In this document: one piece after another, positions 1-10,694 of the stretch
Position numbering within the stretch: the first letter of the stretch is position 1
How the letters are laid out: each line of letters opens with the position of its first letter
Made by a program: the position numbers and the translations under genes
NCBI GenBank assembly: GCA_027320085.1
Contig: DAHVLZ010000011.1
Coordinates: 32,001-96,000 of the forward strand
Source of the DNA: Pseudomonadota bacterium
Lineage (GTDB): Bacteria > Pseudomonadota > Gammaproteobacteria > JAKAQQ01
Direction of reading: 5' to 3'
Length of the DNA: 64,000 bases
The notes under the pieces: generated by a model
What the model saw: only the letters and a program-made list of their open reading frames with translations
Told to the model about the DNA's origin: nothing
Database searches by the model: none

Positions 1-1622
1 ATGGTCTCGAGAATGTGGAGGCGTCCTTCCCGGGCCTGTTCCAGGGCCGCCTGCATGATGGTCCGGTTGATCCCCTCGATCTTGATGTCCATCTGGAGTG
101 CCGTCACCCCCTGCCCGGTTCCGGCCACCTTGAAATCCATGTCCCCGAGATGGTCCTCGTCCCCGAGAATGTCGGTCAGGACGGCAAACCGGTCCTCGCT
201 CTTGATGAGACCCATCGCCACACCCGCCACCGGGGCCCGGATGGGAACTCCCGCATCCATGAAGGCGAGGCTGGTTCCGCAGACCGTGGCCATGGAACTC
301 GAGCCGTTGGATTCGGTGATTTCAGAAACCACCCGGAGCACATAGGGATACTGGGTCATGTCCGGCATGACCGCGAGCAGGGCCCGTTTGGCCAGCCGGC
401 CATGCCCGATCTCACGGCGTTTGGGTGAACTCAAAAAGCCGGTCTCGCCGACCGCGTAGGGCGGAAAGTTGTAGTGCAGCATGAAAGGTTCGCGCCGTTC
501 GCCTTCGAGCCCGTCGATGATCTGGGCATCCTTGGTCGTGCCGAGGGTGACCACGACCAAGGCCTGGGTCTCGCCCCGGGTAAACAGGGCCGAGCCATGG
601 GTCCGGGGCAGAAACCCGGTGTTGATCTGGATGGGACGAACCTGGCGGGTCGTCCGGCCATCGATGCGGGGCTGTCCCGCAAGGATGCGGCCGCGGACGA
701 TTTCGCGCTCGATGTCCTTGAAAATTTTCTTCGCGGCATCCGGCCCCACAGGGATCCCGTCAGCGGATTCCCCCGGGACGGCCGCGAGGCTCGCAAGCAG
801 CTGGGTCTCGATCTCGGCGAGACGTTTCTGCCGGGCACTCTTCTCGGCCAATGAATAGGCGGCCTCGAGCGTATCCCGGCACTGGGTCCGGATCCGCCCG
901 ACCACGGCGGGATCGGATGCGACCGGTGCCCACGCCCAGGGCGTGCGGCCGGCCTCCCGTTTGAGTTCCCGGATGCACTCGATGGCCACCTGCATCTGTT
1001 CGTGACCGAACAGGACGGAGTCCAACATGACCGACTCGGGCAGTTCCGAGGCCTCGGACTCCACCATGAGAACGCCCCGCTCCGTGCCGGCAACCACGAG
1101 GTTCAACTGGGACTGGGCCAGATCCGCGGCCGTGGGATTGAGCAGGAACTGGCCTTCCCGGTAACCGACCCGCGCGGCACCCAGAATGCCGTGAAAGGGG
1201 ATACCGGACAGTTCGATGGCGGCGGAGGCCCCGATCAAGGCCGGAATGTCGGCATCGATCTCCGGATTCATGGAAATCACCGTGGCGATCACCTGGACCT
1301 CATGGGTAAAACCCTTGGGGAACAGGGGACGGATCGGACGGTCAATGAGGCGCGAGGTCAGGGTCTCCTTCTCGGTCGGGCGCCCTTCCCGCTTGAAAAA
1401 GCCTCCGGGAATCCGGCCCGCAGCGTAGGTTCGTTCCAGATAATTGACGGTCAGCGGGAAAAAATCCTGGCCCACCGCGGCCTCTCTCCGGGCCACAACC
1501 GTGGTGAGTACACAGGTCTCGCCCATGGTCACGAGAACGGCGCCGTCGGCCTGCCGGGCAATGGCCCCGGTCTCGATCGTGACTGTATGGGATCCATAGG
1601 CAAAGGACTTTTTCACCGTCAT
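1..1622 (-). CDS. pnp: Polyribonucleotide nucleotidyltransferase (PNPase), 3' end outside the window
   Basis: Hand translation from ATG at 1622: [34 protein letters not shown]...[29 protein letters not shown]; the same frame is seen at the window edge (GRLHILET). Follows rpsO. Absent from the ORF track because it runs off the edge. Confidence 0.96.
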   Translation of the reverse strand, partial: MTVKKSFAYGSHTVTIETGAIARQADGAVLVTMGETCVLTTVVARREAAVGQDFFPLTVNYLERTYAAGRIPGGFFKREGRPTEKETLTSRLIDRPIRPLFPKGFTHEVQVIATVISMNPEIDADIPALIGASAAIELSGIPFHGILGAARVGYREGQFLLNPTAADLAQSQLNLVVAGTERGVLMVESEASELPESVMLDSVLFGHEQMQVAIECIRELKREAGRTPWAWAPVASDPAVVGRIRTQCRDTLEAAYSLAEKSARQKRLAEIETQLLASLAAVPGESADGIPVGPDAAKKIFKDIEREIVRGRILAGQPRIDGRTTRQVRPIQINTGFLPRTHGSALFTRGETQALVVVTLGTTKDAQIIDGLEGERREPFMLHYNFPPYAVGETGFLSSPKRREIGHGRLAKRALLAVMPDMTQYPYVLRVVSEITESNGSSSMATVCGTSLAFMDAGVPIRAPVAGVAMGLIKSEDRFAVLTDILGDEDHLGDMDFKVAGTGQGVTALQMDIKIEGINRTIMQAALEQAREGRLHILET

Positions 1623-1683
1623 GGGCGGTTCAACCTCAAGGGATGGGTCGGATGGGTTGGAATTCGGGTGACGACAAGGCCGA

Positions 1684-1974
1684 TCAGCGCCGGAGTCCGA
1701 GCTGACTGACCAACGTATCGTAACGCGGGGGATCTATGCGGGCGAGATAGTCGAGCAGGCTGCGCCGGCGGTTGACCATCATGAGCAGCCCGCGGCGGGA
1801 GTGATGATCTTTCCTGTGTTTTTCGAAATGATTCGCGAGCCCGTTGATCCGTTGCGTGAGAAGCGCCACCTGGACCTCGGGAGAACCGGTATCCTGATGC
1901 GCCCTCTGGAACTGTTTCACGACGTCGGCGCGGGACGCGTTCGGGCGATCTTCTGGGGACATGGGCATTGACAA
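1684..1974 (-). CDS. rpsO: 30S ribosomal protein S15
   Basis: [13 protein letters not shown]...[25 protein letters not shown]...LGLRR; exact start uncertain. Confidence 0.97.
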   Translation of the reverse strand: MSMPMSPEDRPNASRADVVKQFQRAHQDTGSPEVQVALLTQRINGLANHFEKHRKDHHSRRGLLMMVNRRRSLLDYLARIDPPRYDTLVSQLGLRR

Positions 1975-1998
1975 TCGGCCTTGTAATAACGGTCCATT

Positions 1999-2988
1999 TT
2001 ACTCCGGCCCACCCTTTTCGCACAAGGGCCCGGGGCGTGTGCCGGGATCGTCCCCCCGCTCGTGGGAGCCGGTCCCGGCGGTCGACCGGAAAAGCCGTGC
2101 GTCCGTGGGACAAAGCCGAAGCACCCGGAGCCCGTCCGGTCCGGAATCCGATCCGAGTCCCAAAAAGACTCCCGCCCGGTCGTAGAGCCGGAGTGGACCC
2201 GGCCCCAGCGGACCCGGGATCCTGACCGGCTGTCCCCGGATGAGACCGTCGACCTCGCGGGGATCCAGCTCAAGGCGCGAGAGATGCGCAAGCGGCCAGT
2301 CGACGGACCGGAGCCGGTCGCGGACCGTCTCGAGATCCTCCCAGGCCACCAGATCTTCTTCCCTGAAGCATCCCACCCGAAGCCGTCTGAGCCCGCTCAC
2401 ATGGGCAACGGTGCCGAGGCTCCGGGCCCAGTCCTCGACCCAGCTCCGCACATAAACCCCAGGTCCGCACTCGAGCTCGAAGCAGGCCGTGGGCGGCACC
2501 CAACTCAGAAGGCTCACCCGGAACACCTCGATGGGACGGGGCGGACGGTCGACCTCAATCTTCTGGCGCGCGAGACGGTAGAGGGGAATCCCCTTCTGTT
2601 TGAGGGCCGAGAACATGGGAGGCACCTGGAGGCTCGTCCCGATCCGGCCGGCGAGATCCGAGGCCATCTCGGCGAAACCGAGATCCGGGACGGGACCTTG
2701 GGCCAAAACCTCGCCCTCGCCATCTCCCGTTCGGGTTTGCTGTCCCAGTCTCGCCTCGACCCGGTACAGCTTGGGCGAGACCGCGAAGTAGGACAAAAAG
2801 CCCCGGGCCGTGCCGAACGCGATGGGCAGGAGGCCCGTGGCCAAGGGATCGAGCGTTCCCTGGTAGCCACCCCGGACCCCGGGGCCGAGCCGCCTCCGGA
2901 TCCTTTGGAGCGCCTGATTCGACGTCCACCCGAGCGGCTTGTCGAAAGGGAGGATGCCGTCGACCCCGCCCGCTGCTCCCTGGGGCAT
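1999..2988 (-). CDS. truB: tRNA pseudouridine(55) synthase
   Basis: DGILPFDKPLGWTS, GTLDPLATG, QVPPMFSALK, G.YVRS, LRRLRVG; start placed at ATG 2988 after GAGGT; synteny with rbfA and rpsO. Confidence 0.93.
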   Translation of the reverse strand: MPQGAAGGVDGILPFDKPLGWTSNQALQRIRRRLGPGVRGGYQGTLDPLATGLLPIAFGTARGFLSYFAVSPKLYRVEARLGQQTRTGDGEGEVLAQGPVPDLGFAEMASDLAGRIGTSLQVPPMFSALKQKGIPLYRLARQKIEVDRPPRPIEVFRVSLLSWVPPTACFELECGPGVYVRSWVEDWARSLGTVAHVSGLRRLRVGCFREEDLVAWEDLETVRDRLRSVDWPLAHLSRLELDPREVDGLIRGQPVRIPGPLGPGPLRLYDRAGVFLGLGSDSGPDGLRVLRLCPTDARLFRSTAGTGSHERGDDPGTRPGPLCEKGGPE

Positions 2989-2995
2989 GGCGACC

Positions 2996-3358
2996 TCAAC
3001 TCTCCGGGGGCGGATCGAGCGAGGCCAAAAGCTGTTCCACCCGCCGGACGGATTCGAGTTCGGTGTCGTATTCGAAGCGGATCTCCGGTACCACCCGGAG
3101 CTTTGCCTGCCGGCCGATCTCATGGCGGATCCGCCCCCGGACGGCTTCGAGCGCATCTTCCACCGCCTCCAGGTTCGCGGGATCACTTTCAGCCACAACG
3201 AAGTAAAAGCGGGCGAAACCGAGATCCGGACTCACGCGGACGCGGGTGATGGCGAGTGAACGGAAACGGTCGTCACCGCAGTCACAGGCCAGCCATAGTC
3301 CAACCTGTTTCTGCAGTTCCCGGGCCACCCGCTGGCTGCGGTGGGGGGAGGATTTCAT
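2996..3358 (-). CDS. rbfA: Ribosome-binding factor A
   Basis: RSQRVA, ITRVRVSPDL, LRVVPEIRFEYD; between infB and truB. Confidence 0.93.
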   Translation of the reverse strand: MKSSPHRSQRVARELQKQVGLWLACDCGDDRFRSLAITRVRVSPDLGFARFYFVVAESDPANLEAVEDALEAVRGRIRHEIGRQAKLRVVPEIRFEYDTELESVRRVEQLLASLDPPPES

Positions 3359-5829
3359 AGCGCGCGGTTCACCTCCACCCGCTCGAAGACTTCGATCTGG
3401 TCCCCCGGCTTGATGTCGTTATAGCCCTGGATGGCCATTCCGCATTCGGTTCCCGACTGGACTTCACTCACGTCATCCTTGAAGCGCCGGAGGGAGGCGA
3501 TCTCCCCCTCGAAAATCACCACCTGGTTTCGCAGCACCCGGGCCGGACGGTTTTTCAAGATGTGTCCTTCGATGACGAGACAGCCGGCCACCTGGCCGAA
3601 ACGGGCCGCACGGAAGACCTCGCGCACCTGGGCCGTCCCCACGATCTGTTCGCGGACCTCGGGCTTGAGCAGACCGCCCATGCGCTGACGCATGTCCTCG
3701 AGCACCTGGTAGATCACTCCGTAATAATCGACCTCGACCGACTGTTCGGCCAGGGCCCGTTTTGCCGCGGCATCGGCCCTGACGTTGAACGCCAGGATGC
3801 GGGCATGGGAGGCGGCGGCGAGATAGACATCACCCTCGGTAATCCCCCCAACGCCGCTGCTCACGATCGCGACCGCGATTTCCGCGGTCGAAAGCTCGTT
3901 CAGGGCGGACCGCAAGGCCTCAAGCGATCCCTGGACGTCGGCCTTGAGCAGAACCGGGACGGTCTGGGCCACGGACTGGCCCATCTGGGCAAAGGCCTCC
4001 TCGACGCCGATCGGTCCCTTCTGGCCCTGGAGACGGACGTTGCGCATCTTGCCCTGCCGGTATTCCGCGAGTTCGCGGGCCGTCTTCTCGTCGGCGACCA
4101 CGGTCGCCCGGTCACCGGCGACCGGCGGGTTCGGGAAACCCAGAACCACGGCCGGGAGCGACGGGGTGACCTCGGTGATCCGATCGCCCCGTTCATTGAA
4201 GAGGGCCCGGACCCGTCCGTACTCCTTGCCGGCCAGGAGGATCTGTCCGACCGAAAGCGTCCCCTGCTGGATCAGGATGGTGGCCGTGGTCCCGCGACCC
4301 GTCTCGAGGCTCGCTTCGAGGACCACGCCCACGGCCCGCCCCGCCCGCGGCGCGCCAAGCTCGAGCAGTTCGGCCTGGACCAGGACCGCATCCAGAAGCG
4401 CATCGATGCCCTCCCCGCTTTTCGCGGAAACCGGAACAAAGAGAGTCTCCCCCCCCCACTCCTCGGGCAAAACCTCCTGCTGGGCCAGTTCACTCTTGAC
4501 CCGTTCCAAATCCGCCTCGGGTTTGTCGATCTTGTTGATGGCGACGACGATCGGCACCTTGGCGGCGCGGGCATGTTGGATGGCCTCCAAGGTCTGCGGC
4601 TTGACGCCGTCATCCGCCGCGACCACCAGGATCACGAGATCGGTGACCTGGGCCCCGCGGGCCCGCATGGCCGTGAAGGCGGCATGACCGGGGGTATCCA
4701 GGAAGGTGATCGATCCCTTGGGCGTATCCACATGATAGGCCCCGATATGCTGGGTGATCCCGCCCGCCTCGCCGGCCGCCACCCGGGTGCGCCGGATGTA
4801 GTCGAGAAGCGAGGTCTTGCCGTGATCGACATGCCCCATGATGGTCACGACGGGAGGCCTGGGCTCCATCCGGTCGCTCTCGCTCTGGATGGCCTGGGAG
4901 AGGGCTTCCTCCAAGGCATCCTCGCGCAGGACCTTCGCCCGGTGTCCCAACTCCTCGATCACGAGAACGGCCGTGTCCTGGTCGAGCAGTTGATTGATGG
5001 TCACAACGACCCCCATGCCGAAGAGGGTCTTGATCAGTTCGGCCGCCTTGACCCCGAGCCTTTGGGCCAGCTCGCCCACACTGATGGTCTCGGGAACGGC
5101 AATCTCCCGGACCTGGGGTTGCGGCGGCGGGGCCCGCTCCCCTTCGACCCGGCCGCGGGCCCGTGACCGGGCACCCTCAGCTCCGGACTTGAGGCTGAGC
5201 CGCCCGCCCGTCGGGGCCGGCTGCGGAACCGCAGCCTTGACGTGTCCCTTGGCGCGCTGGCGCTTGTCCTCCTCTTCGAGTTCCCGCTTGAGCTGGGCTT
5301 CCAGTCGCCGCCGCTCCTCCTCCTGCCGGAGGCGCAACTCCTGTTCCTGCCGCTCGCGGACTTCCCGCTCACGCTGCTCCCGTTCCTGTTCGCGCTGCCG
5401 GTGTTCCTCGTCGAGGCGGGTCTTTTCCTGCATCTGCCGGCGCAACTCCTCTTCGTGCAGAAGTGCCGCCTGGCGTTCCTGTTCGATGGCCTCGAGTGCC
5501 CGTCGGCGGGATTCCTGCTCGAGCAGAACCTCCCGCTTGACATAGGTATGACGCTGCTTGACCTCGACGTTCACGGTCTTGCTGCGTCCCTGGGCTCCCG
5601 CGATCTTCAAGGCGCTGACCGAACGCCGTTTGAGGGTAATGCGGGAGGGCGCGGCATCATCCCCCGCCTCGTGATGGCGGAGAAAATTGAGCAGGGTCAT
5701 TTTCTGCTCATCGCTCACCGGGGCATCCGGGCCGGCAAAATCGATGCCGGCCTCGCGGAACTGCACGATGAGCCGGTCGACCGGCGTTCTCACGGACTCG
5801 GCAAATTCACGGACCGTCTGGTCGGTCAT
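3355..5829 (-). CDS. infB: Translation initiation factor IF-2
   Basis: PVVTIMGHVDHGKTSLLD, GGITQHIGAY, FLDTPGH, NKID, SLRRFKDDV. Confidence 0.98.
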   Translation of the reverse strand: MTDQTVREFAESVRTPVDRLIVQFREAGIDFAGPDAPVSDEQKMTLLNFLRHHEAGDDAAPSRITLKRRSVSALKIAGAQGRSKTVNVEVKQRHTYVKREVLLEQESRRRALEAIEQERQAALLHEEELRRQMQEKTRLDEEHRQREQEREQREREVRERQEQELRLRQEEERRRLEAQLKRELEEEDKRQRAKGHVKAAVPQPAPTGGRLSLKSGAEGARSRARGRVEGERAPPPQPQVREIAVPETISVGELAQRLGVKAAELIKTLFGMGVVVTINQLLDQDTAVLVIEELGHRAKVLREDALEEALSQAIQSESDRMEPRPPVVTIMGHVDHGKTSLLDYIRRTRVAAGEAGGITQHIGAYHVDTPKGSITFLDTPGHAAFTAMRARGAQVTDLVILVVAADDGVKPQTLEAIQHARAAKVPIVVAINKIDKPEADLERVKSELAQQEVLPEEWGGETLFVPVSAKSGEGIDALLDAVLVQAELLELGAPRAGRAVGVVLEASLETGRGTTATILIQQGTLSVGQILLAGKEYGRVRALFNERGDRITEVTPSLPAVVLGFPNPPVAGDRATVVADEKTARELAEYRQGKMRNVRLQGQKGPIGVEEAFAQMGQSVAQTVPVLLKADVQGSLEALRSALNELSTAEIAVAIVSSGVGGITEGDVYLAAASHARILAFNVRADAAAKRALAEQSVEVDYYGVIYQVLEDMRQRMGGLLKPEVREQIVGTAQVREVFRAARFGQVAGCLVIEGHILKNRPARVLRNQVVIFEGEIASLRRFKDDVSEVQSGTECGMAIQGYNDIKPGDQIEVFERVEVNRAL

Positions 5830-5832
5830 GGC

Positions 5833-7407
5833 TCATGCCTCCTTGGATTCTGGGGCGTCCGTTCCGAACCAGTGGGATCGGGCCGCCATGATGATGCGTC
5901 CAGCCCCGTCACGATCCAGCCCTTCGAGACCCTCGAGGTCGTCGACGGCCAGCTCGGCCAAAGCATCCCGGCTCGCGATGCCCCGCTGGATCAGCCGTCC
6001 CGCGAGCACCGCATCGATCCCGGGAATCGAGAGGAGATCCGAGGCCTCGACCGCATTTTCCCGCGTCTCCTCACTGGCGATGGCCTGGGTCAGAAGCAGG
6101 TCGCGGGCCCGGCCCCGGAGCTGTTCAACCAGTTCGTCGTCGAACTCCGGGATCGAACGCAACTCCCCGATCGGCACGTAGGCCACTTCTTCGACCGAGG
6201 AGAAGCCGGCTTGGGCCAGGAGGCTCGCCACCTCGTCGTCGATGTTGAGCTGCTCGACGAACAGGCGCCGGGCGGTATCCAGTTCCGACTGCTTTTTCTC
6301 GAGCGCCTGCGTCTCGGTCAGGATGTTGAGCGACCAGCCGGTGAGCTGGCTGGCCAGCCGGACATTCTGTCCACCCCGGCCGATGGCCTGGGACAGGCGG
6401 TTCTCATCCACGGCAATGTCCATGCTGTGAGAATCCTCGTCCAGCGTGATCGAGCGCACCTCGGCCGGTGACATGGCATTGATGACAAACTGGGCCGGGG
6501 AATCGTCCCACTGGACGATATCGATCCGCTCCCCTGAAAGTTCGTTGGACACCGCCTGGACCCGGGCTCCGCGCATGCCGACACAGGCCCCCACGGCATC
6601 GACCCGGCTGTCCCGGCTCAAAACCGCGATCTTGGCCCGCTGTCCCGGATCGCGGGCCGCCCCCTTGATCTCGATCAGTCCCTGGCCGATTTCCGGCACC
6701 TCGAGCTTGAACAGCTCGATCAAAAGCTCGGGCGCGACACGGCTCACCAGGAGAAGCGGACCCCGCGTATCGGTATTGAGTGCCCGCAGATAACCGCGCA
6801 GGCGGTCCCCCGGCCGCGGGACCTCGCGTGGGATCGTTTCGTCGCGGAGGATCACGGCCTCCGCCCCGGAAGAGAGTTCGATGTAGATGTTGCCCCGCTC
6901 GACCCGCTTGACGGTGCCCGAGACCAGCTGTCCGATCCGGTCCCGGTAGGCTTCGATCACCTGGATCCGTTCCGCCTCGCGCACCTTCTGCACGATCACC
7001 TGTTTGGCCACCTGGGCGGCAATGCGGCCGAAGGGGATGGAGGGCAACGGCTCCTCGATGAACCCGCCGATCTCGACTCCTGAATCGCGTTCAAGGGCCT
7101 GGGCGAGGCGGATCTGGCGCTCCGGATCGAAGGGCTCGCCCTCCTCGTCCGTCTCCGCCACGGCCGACTCGTCGCCCTCGACCGACTCGTCGCCCACGAC
7201 CGACTCGTCGCCCACGACCTGCCAGCGCCGGAAGGTTTCATAGTCACCGCTCGTCCGGTTGATGGCCACCCGGGCGTCGATGCGATCCCCATGGCGCTTG
7301 CGCGTCGCCGACGCCAAAGCCGCCTCGAGTGCCTCAAAGATGGTTCCCGGGTCAACCCCCCGCTCACTCGCGACGGAATCGACGACCACCAAAATTTCTT
7401 TCCCCAT
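5833..7407 (-). CDS. nusA: Transcription termination/antitermination factor NusA
   Basis: FGRIAAQVAKQVIVQKVREAER, ARDPGQRAKIAV, AIGRGGQNVRLASQLTGW; start ATG 7407. Confidence 0.97.
   Translation of the reverse strand: MGKEILVVVDSVASERGVDPGTIFEALEAALASATRKRHGDRIDARVAINRTSGDYETFRRWQVVGDESVVGDESVEGDESAVAETDEEGEPFDPERQIRLAQALERDSGVEIGGFIEEPLPSIPFGRIAAQVAKQVIVQKVREAERIQVIEAYRDRIGQLVSGTVKRVERGNIYIELSSGAEAVILRDETIPREVPRPGDRLRGYLRALNTDTRGPLLLVSRVAPELLIELFKLEVPEIGQGLIEIKGAARDPGQRAKIAVLSRDSRVDAVGACVGMRGARVQAVSNELSGERIDIVQWDDSPAQFVINAMSPAEVRSITLDEDSHSMDIAVDENRLSQAIGRGGQNVRLASQLTGWSLNILTETQALEKKQSELDTARRLFVEQLNIDDEVASLLAQAGFSSVEEVAYVPIGELRSIPEFDDELVEQLRGRARDLLLTQAIASEETRENAVEASDLLSIPGIDAVLAGRLIQRGIASRDALAELAVDDLEGLEGLDRDGAGRIIMAARSHWFGTDAPESKEA
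7164..7219. repeat. 18-bp in-frame tandem repeat (3 copies) inside nusA
   Basis: ccgactcgtcgccc(t/a)cga at 7164, 7182 and 7200; encodes VVGDES-VVGDES-VEGDES. Confidence 0.9.
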
Positions 7408-7426
7408 AACGAACCTCACTTCCCCG

Positions 7427-7888
7427 TTAAGTCGGTACCAAACGCGCCTTGCCGATGCACTTCCAAGGCACCCGGAAAGAGACGCCTTCCGCCTCGATCG
7501 CGAGGCCCTCTTCACTCACGGCCACGAGGCGCCCCATCAGGCGGGCGCGCCCTTCCCACAAGCCATCAAACCGCAACCGCACCTTCTGTCCCACAACCCG
7601 CTCAAAGTCTCCCTGTCTCCGGAGCGGCCGGTCCGGACCGGGAGATGAGACCTCGAGGCGGTAGGGATGCCGGATGGGATCCTCGACATCCAAAAGCCCG
7701 GTCACCGCGCGGCTTACCGCCTCGCAGTCATCGAGCCCGATCCCCTCCTCCCCGGGGCGATCGATATAGAGTCTCACGACCCCCCCCGTGCGGGTCAGAC
7801 CGAGCTCGACTTCGAGGAGGTCATACCCCAAGGCCCGGACTTCCGGCTCAAGCAGCCGGAGCAAGCTCTCGTATTGGGCCTGAGCCAT
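7427..7888 (-). CDS. rimP: Ribosome maturation factor RimP
   Basis: VRLYID, DDCEAVSR, LDVEDPI, YRLEVSSPGPDRPL. Confidence 0.96.
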   Translation of the reverse strand: MAQAQYESLLRLLEPEVRALGYDLLEVELGLTRTGGVVRLYIDRPGEEGIGLDDCEAVSRAVTGLLDVEDPIRHPYRLEVSSPGPDRPLRRQGDFERVVGQKVRLRFDGLWEGRARLMGRLVAVSEEGLAIEAEGVSFRVPWKCIGKARLVPT

Positions 7889-7912
7889 GCCACCCCCCCC
7901 TGTCCACAAAAA

Positions 7913-7934
7913 CAAAAGGGGCCAAAGCCCCTTG
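7913..7934 (-). promoter_or_regulatory. rimP leader hairpin (attenuator-like)
   Basis: Minus strand AAGGGGC-TTTG-GCCCCTTTT about 25 nt upstream of rimP; similar hairpins are known in rimP leaders. Confidence 0.6.
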
Positions 7935-8092
7935 TCTCCAGATCGCGATGGGTTCCTTCCGGCTTTGGGACGTACTCCCCTTCGGGGTACGGTTATCCGG
8001 CCTCCTGCTCAATGGTTCATTTTAAACCCAAAACGGTCTCCGTTCAATTATATGGAGAGGCTCCGGGCATCCGGCCCATCTCGCCTCGCACC

Positions 8093-9622
8093 TCAGGGCT
8101 CCACCGGGGGCCGCTCGGGGGGCAGGAAGCCGTGGGAACGATCCTGTCTCAGGTGGCCCAATTCAGGCTCCCGGGGTTCCGGCCAATCGCTCCGGTAGTG
8201 GGCACCCCGGCTTTCCTCACGCCACAGGGCAGCCCGGATCCAGAGCCAGGCAAGACGGGCCTCGGTCTCACCCGAGCTCCGCTCCTCCACGACGGCCAAG
8301 ACCTCCTCGAGTCCGCGCTCCAATGACTCGCGCTTCCGGACCACGCCCAAGCACCGGGTCAGGATGGTCGGTAGCCGTCCCCAGGCGGGACGCCCCCAAG
8401 CGGGAGCGGACCGCACCGGGGTCCCGGTCTCGTGCCGGAACGGCGGGCATGCAGCCGCTGTGATGGAGGCCGCAACCGCCCGCGCGCAGACCACCGCCTC
8501 GAGCAGCGAGTTGCTGGCCAGGCGGTTGGCCCCATGGAGTCCGGTCGAGGCCGTCTCGCCCACCGCCCAGAGGCCGGATCGGCTACTCCGGCCCTCGCAA
8601 TCGACCGCGATCCCGCCCATGTGGTAGTGGACCGCCGGCGTGATGGGCAAAAGATCACGGGCCGGGTCCAGTCCCTGGGCCCGACAGATCGCATCGATCT
8701 TGGGGAAGCGGGTGGCGAAGGCCTCTCCCGGGTGTTTCCGGGCGTCGAGGAAAACCCGATGACCGGCTTTCTGGTGCTGCCAGATCGCCCGGGCCACCCG
8801 GTCTCGTGGGGCCAGTTCCGCACCTGGCAGATCGGCCATGAAACGCTCGCCCCCTTCATCGACGAGGCATGCGCCCTCCCCTCGCACGGCCTCACTGATG
8901 AGCGGGAGGGGGTGCTGGCGGGTCGCGAGCGCCGTCGGATGGTACTGGATGAATTCGAGATCCACGAGCTCGGCGCCGGCTTCGAGTGCCAACAGCAAGC
9001 CCCCCCCGCGGGCACTCAGCGGATTGGTCGTCTGTTCGAACAGTCCCCCGACCCCCCCCGTGGCCAGCACGATGGCCCGGGCCGGGAAGCACTCGCTCTC
9101 CCCCGCGCGCTGGCAGATCACCCCGGAAAGTCCGGCCTCATCCTCGATGAGACCCACCGCCTCGGCACCCTCGATCCGCTCGATCGCGGGTTCCGCGAGA
9201 ACCCGGCGGACGAGCGTCTCCATGAGGCTCTGACCGGTTGCATCACCGCGGGCATGGACGATCCGGCGGCGTCCATGCCCTCCTTCGAGACCGAGGTCCA
9301 GCCGTCCCTGGGCATCCCGGTCGAAAGGCACCCCCCAGGATGCAAGCTGCCCGATTGCCCAGGGGCCCTCTTGGGTGATCTTCTGGACCACGGCCGGATC
9401 GCACAGGCCGGCTCCCACCTCGATCGTGTCCTCGGCATGAAAGCGCGGCTCGTCGTCCGCTCCCACGGCGGCCGCGATCCCGCCCTGTGCCCACAGGCTG
9501 GATCCGTCGGTTCCGAGCGGTGTCCGGACCACGAGGCGCACCGGATGCGGGGCGAGACAGAGGGCGGTTGCAAGCCCCGCGATCCCTCCCCCGATGATGG
9601 TCGGCTTGGTTTTCCGGCTCAA
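8093..9622 (-). CDS. nadB: L-aspartate oxidase
   Basis: IIGGGIAG, SSLWAQGGIAA, EGGH, EFIQYHPT, HYHMGGI, GLHGANRLASNSLLE, ESRGAHYRSD. Confidence 0.95.
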   Translation of the reverse strand: MSRKTKPTIIGGGIAGLATALCLAPHPVRLVVRTPLGTDGSSLWAQGGIAAAVGADDEPRFHAEDTIEVGAGLCDPAVVQKITQEGPWAIGQLASWGVPFDRDAQGRLDLGLEGGHGRRRIVHARGDATGQSLMETLVRRVLAEPAIERIEGAEAVGLIEDEAGLSGVICQRAGESECFPARAIVLATGGVGGLFEQTTNPLSARGGGLLLALEAGAELVDLEFIQYHPTALATRQHPLPLISEAVRGEGACLVDEGGERFMADLPGAELAPRDRVARAIWQHQKAGHRVFLDARKHPGEAFATRFPKIDAICRAQGLDPARDLLPITPAVHYHMGGIAVDCEGRSSRSGLWAVGETASTGLHGANRLASNSLLEAVVCARAVAASITAAACPPFRHETGTPVRSAPAWGRPAWGRLPTILTRCLGVVRKRESLERGLEEVLAVVEERSSGETEARLAWLWIRAALWREESRGAHYRSDWPEPREPELGHLRQDRSHGFLPPERPPVEP

Positions 9623-10596
9623 AGCGCGAGCATCCGCTCGACCGCACGCCGGGCCCGTCCCGCCACGGCACGATCGATCGTGACCTCGTGCTCGAGCGAT
9701 TCGAGTGACCGGCGCAGCTTGGTCAGGGTGATGCGCTTCATGTAGGGACAGAGGTTACACGGCCGGATGAAACGCACCTCTGGGTGGTCGACCGTGATGT
9801 TGTCGCTCATCGAGCATTCGGTGAGCAGGGCGACGGCGTCCGGGTGATGGCGATCGATATACTCGGACATGGCCGTCGTCGATCCGGAGAAATCCGCGTC
9901 GGCAACCACTTCGGGCCGACATTCGGGATGGGCCAGAACCTGGAGCCCGGGGTGTTCCCGCCGCAGCGCCTGGACGGCCTCCAGGCCGAAACGCTCGTGC
10001 ACGATGCAGCGTCCCTCCCAGGCCACGACCTCGACCCGGGTTTGCCGTGCCACATTGGCCGCGAGATAGCGGTCCGGGATCAGAAGGACCCGTGGGACAC
10101 CCAGCGATTCGACGACCCGGACGGCATTGCTCGAGGTACAACAGACATCGGATTCCGCTTTGACCGCCGCCGAGGTATTGACGTAGGTCACGACCGGAAC
10201 CCCGGGATGGGCCGCGCGCAGCGCCCGCACATCCTCCGGCGTGATCGATTCCGCAAGCGAGCAACCGGCATCCCGATCCGGAATGAGCACCCGCCGGTCC
10301 GGATTGAGCAGCTTGGCCGTTTCCGCCATGAAATAGACCCCGGCCATCACGATGACGTCGGCCTCAAGGCGTTTGGCCTCCCGGGCCAGGTGAAGGCTGT
10401 CCCCCACCACATCCGCCACACAGTGATAGATCTCGGGGGTCTGGTAGTTATGGGCCAAGATCACGGCATGACGCGAACGCTTGAGTTCGGTGACCGCGGC
10501 CACCTCGTCGGCAAAAACCGGCCACTCGACCGCCGGGATGAACGGTCTCACCCGTTCGTAGAGAACATCCATCCGCCTGGCAGAAACTTGGGGCAT
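9619..10596 (-). CDS. nadA: Quinolinate synthase
   Basis: ILAHNYQ, FMAETAKLLNP, AGCSLA, YVNTSA, CIVHE, HPEC, CPYMK. Confidence 0.96.
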   Translation of the reverse strand: MPQVSARRMDVLYERVRPFIPAVEWPVFADEVAAVTELKRSRHAVILAHNYQTPEIYHCVADVVGDSLHLAREAKRLEADVIVMAGVYFMAETAKLLNPDRRVLIPDRDAGCSLAESITPEDVRALRAAHPGVPVVTYVNTSAAVKAESDVCCTSSNAVRVVESLGVPRVLLIPDRYLAANVARQTRVEVVAWEGRCIVHERFGLEAVQALRREHPGLQVLAHPECRPEVVADADFSGSTTAMSEYIDRHHPDAVALLTECSMSDNITVDHPEVRFIRPCNLCPYMKRITLTKLRRSLESLEHEVTIDRAVAGRARRAVERMLAL

Positions 10597-10611
10597 GCGC
10601 ACGACCCTCAC

Positions 10612-10632
10612 TTATGCTCACAATGAGCATTA
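10612..10632. promoter_or_regulatory. Palindromic operator, likely NadQ site
   Basis: TTATGCTCA-CAA-TGAGCATTA just upstream of nadA; fits the recalled NadQ consensus ttATRCTCannntGAGYATaa. Confidence 0.8.
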
Positions 10633-10694
10633 AAGGACCGAAACCACCGCATGGATTCGGACGCGGTCATGCTAGCGCAGGCTACCCCGGACCG

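Noticed and set aside
5200-5560. Low-complexity Glu/Arg/Gln repeats
   Set aside because: Normal charged linker of IF-2.
7940-8000. Possible tRNA or ncRNA upstream of rimP (CGTAC...TTCG...GTACG hairpin)
   Set aside because: No cloverleaf or T-loop/CCA pattern; only an isolated hairpin.
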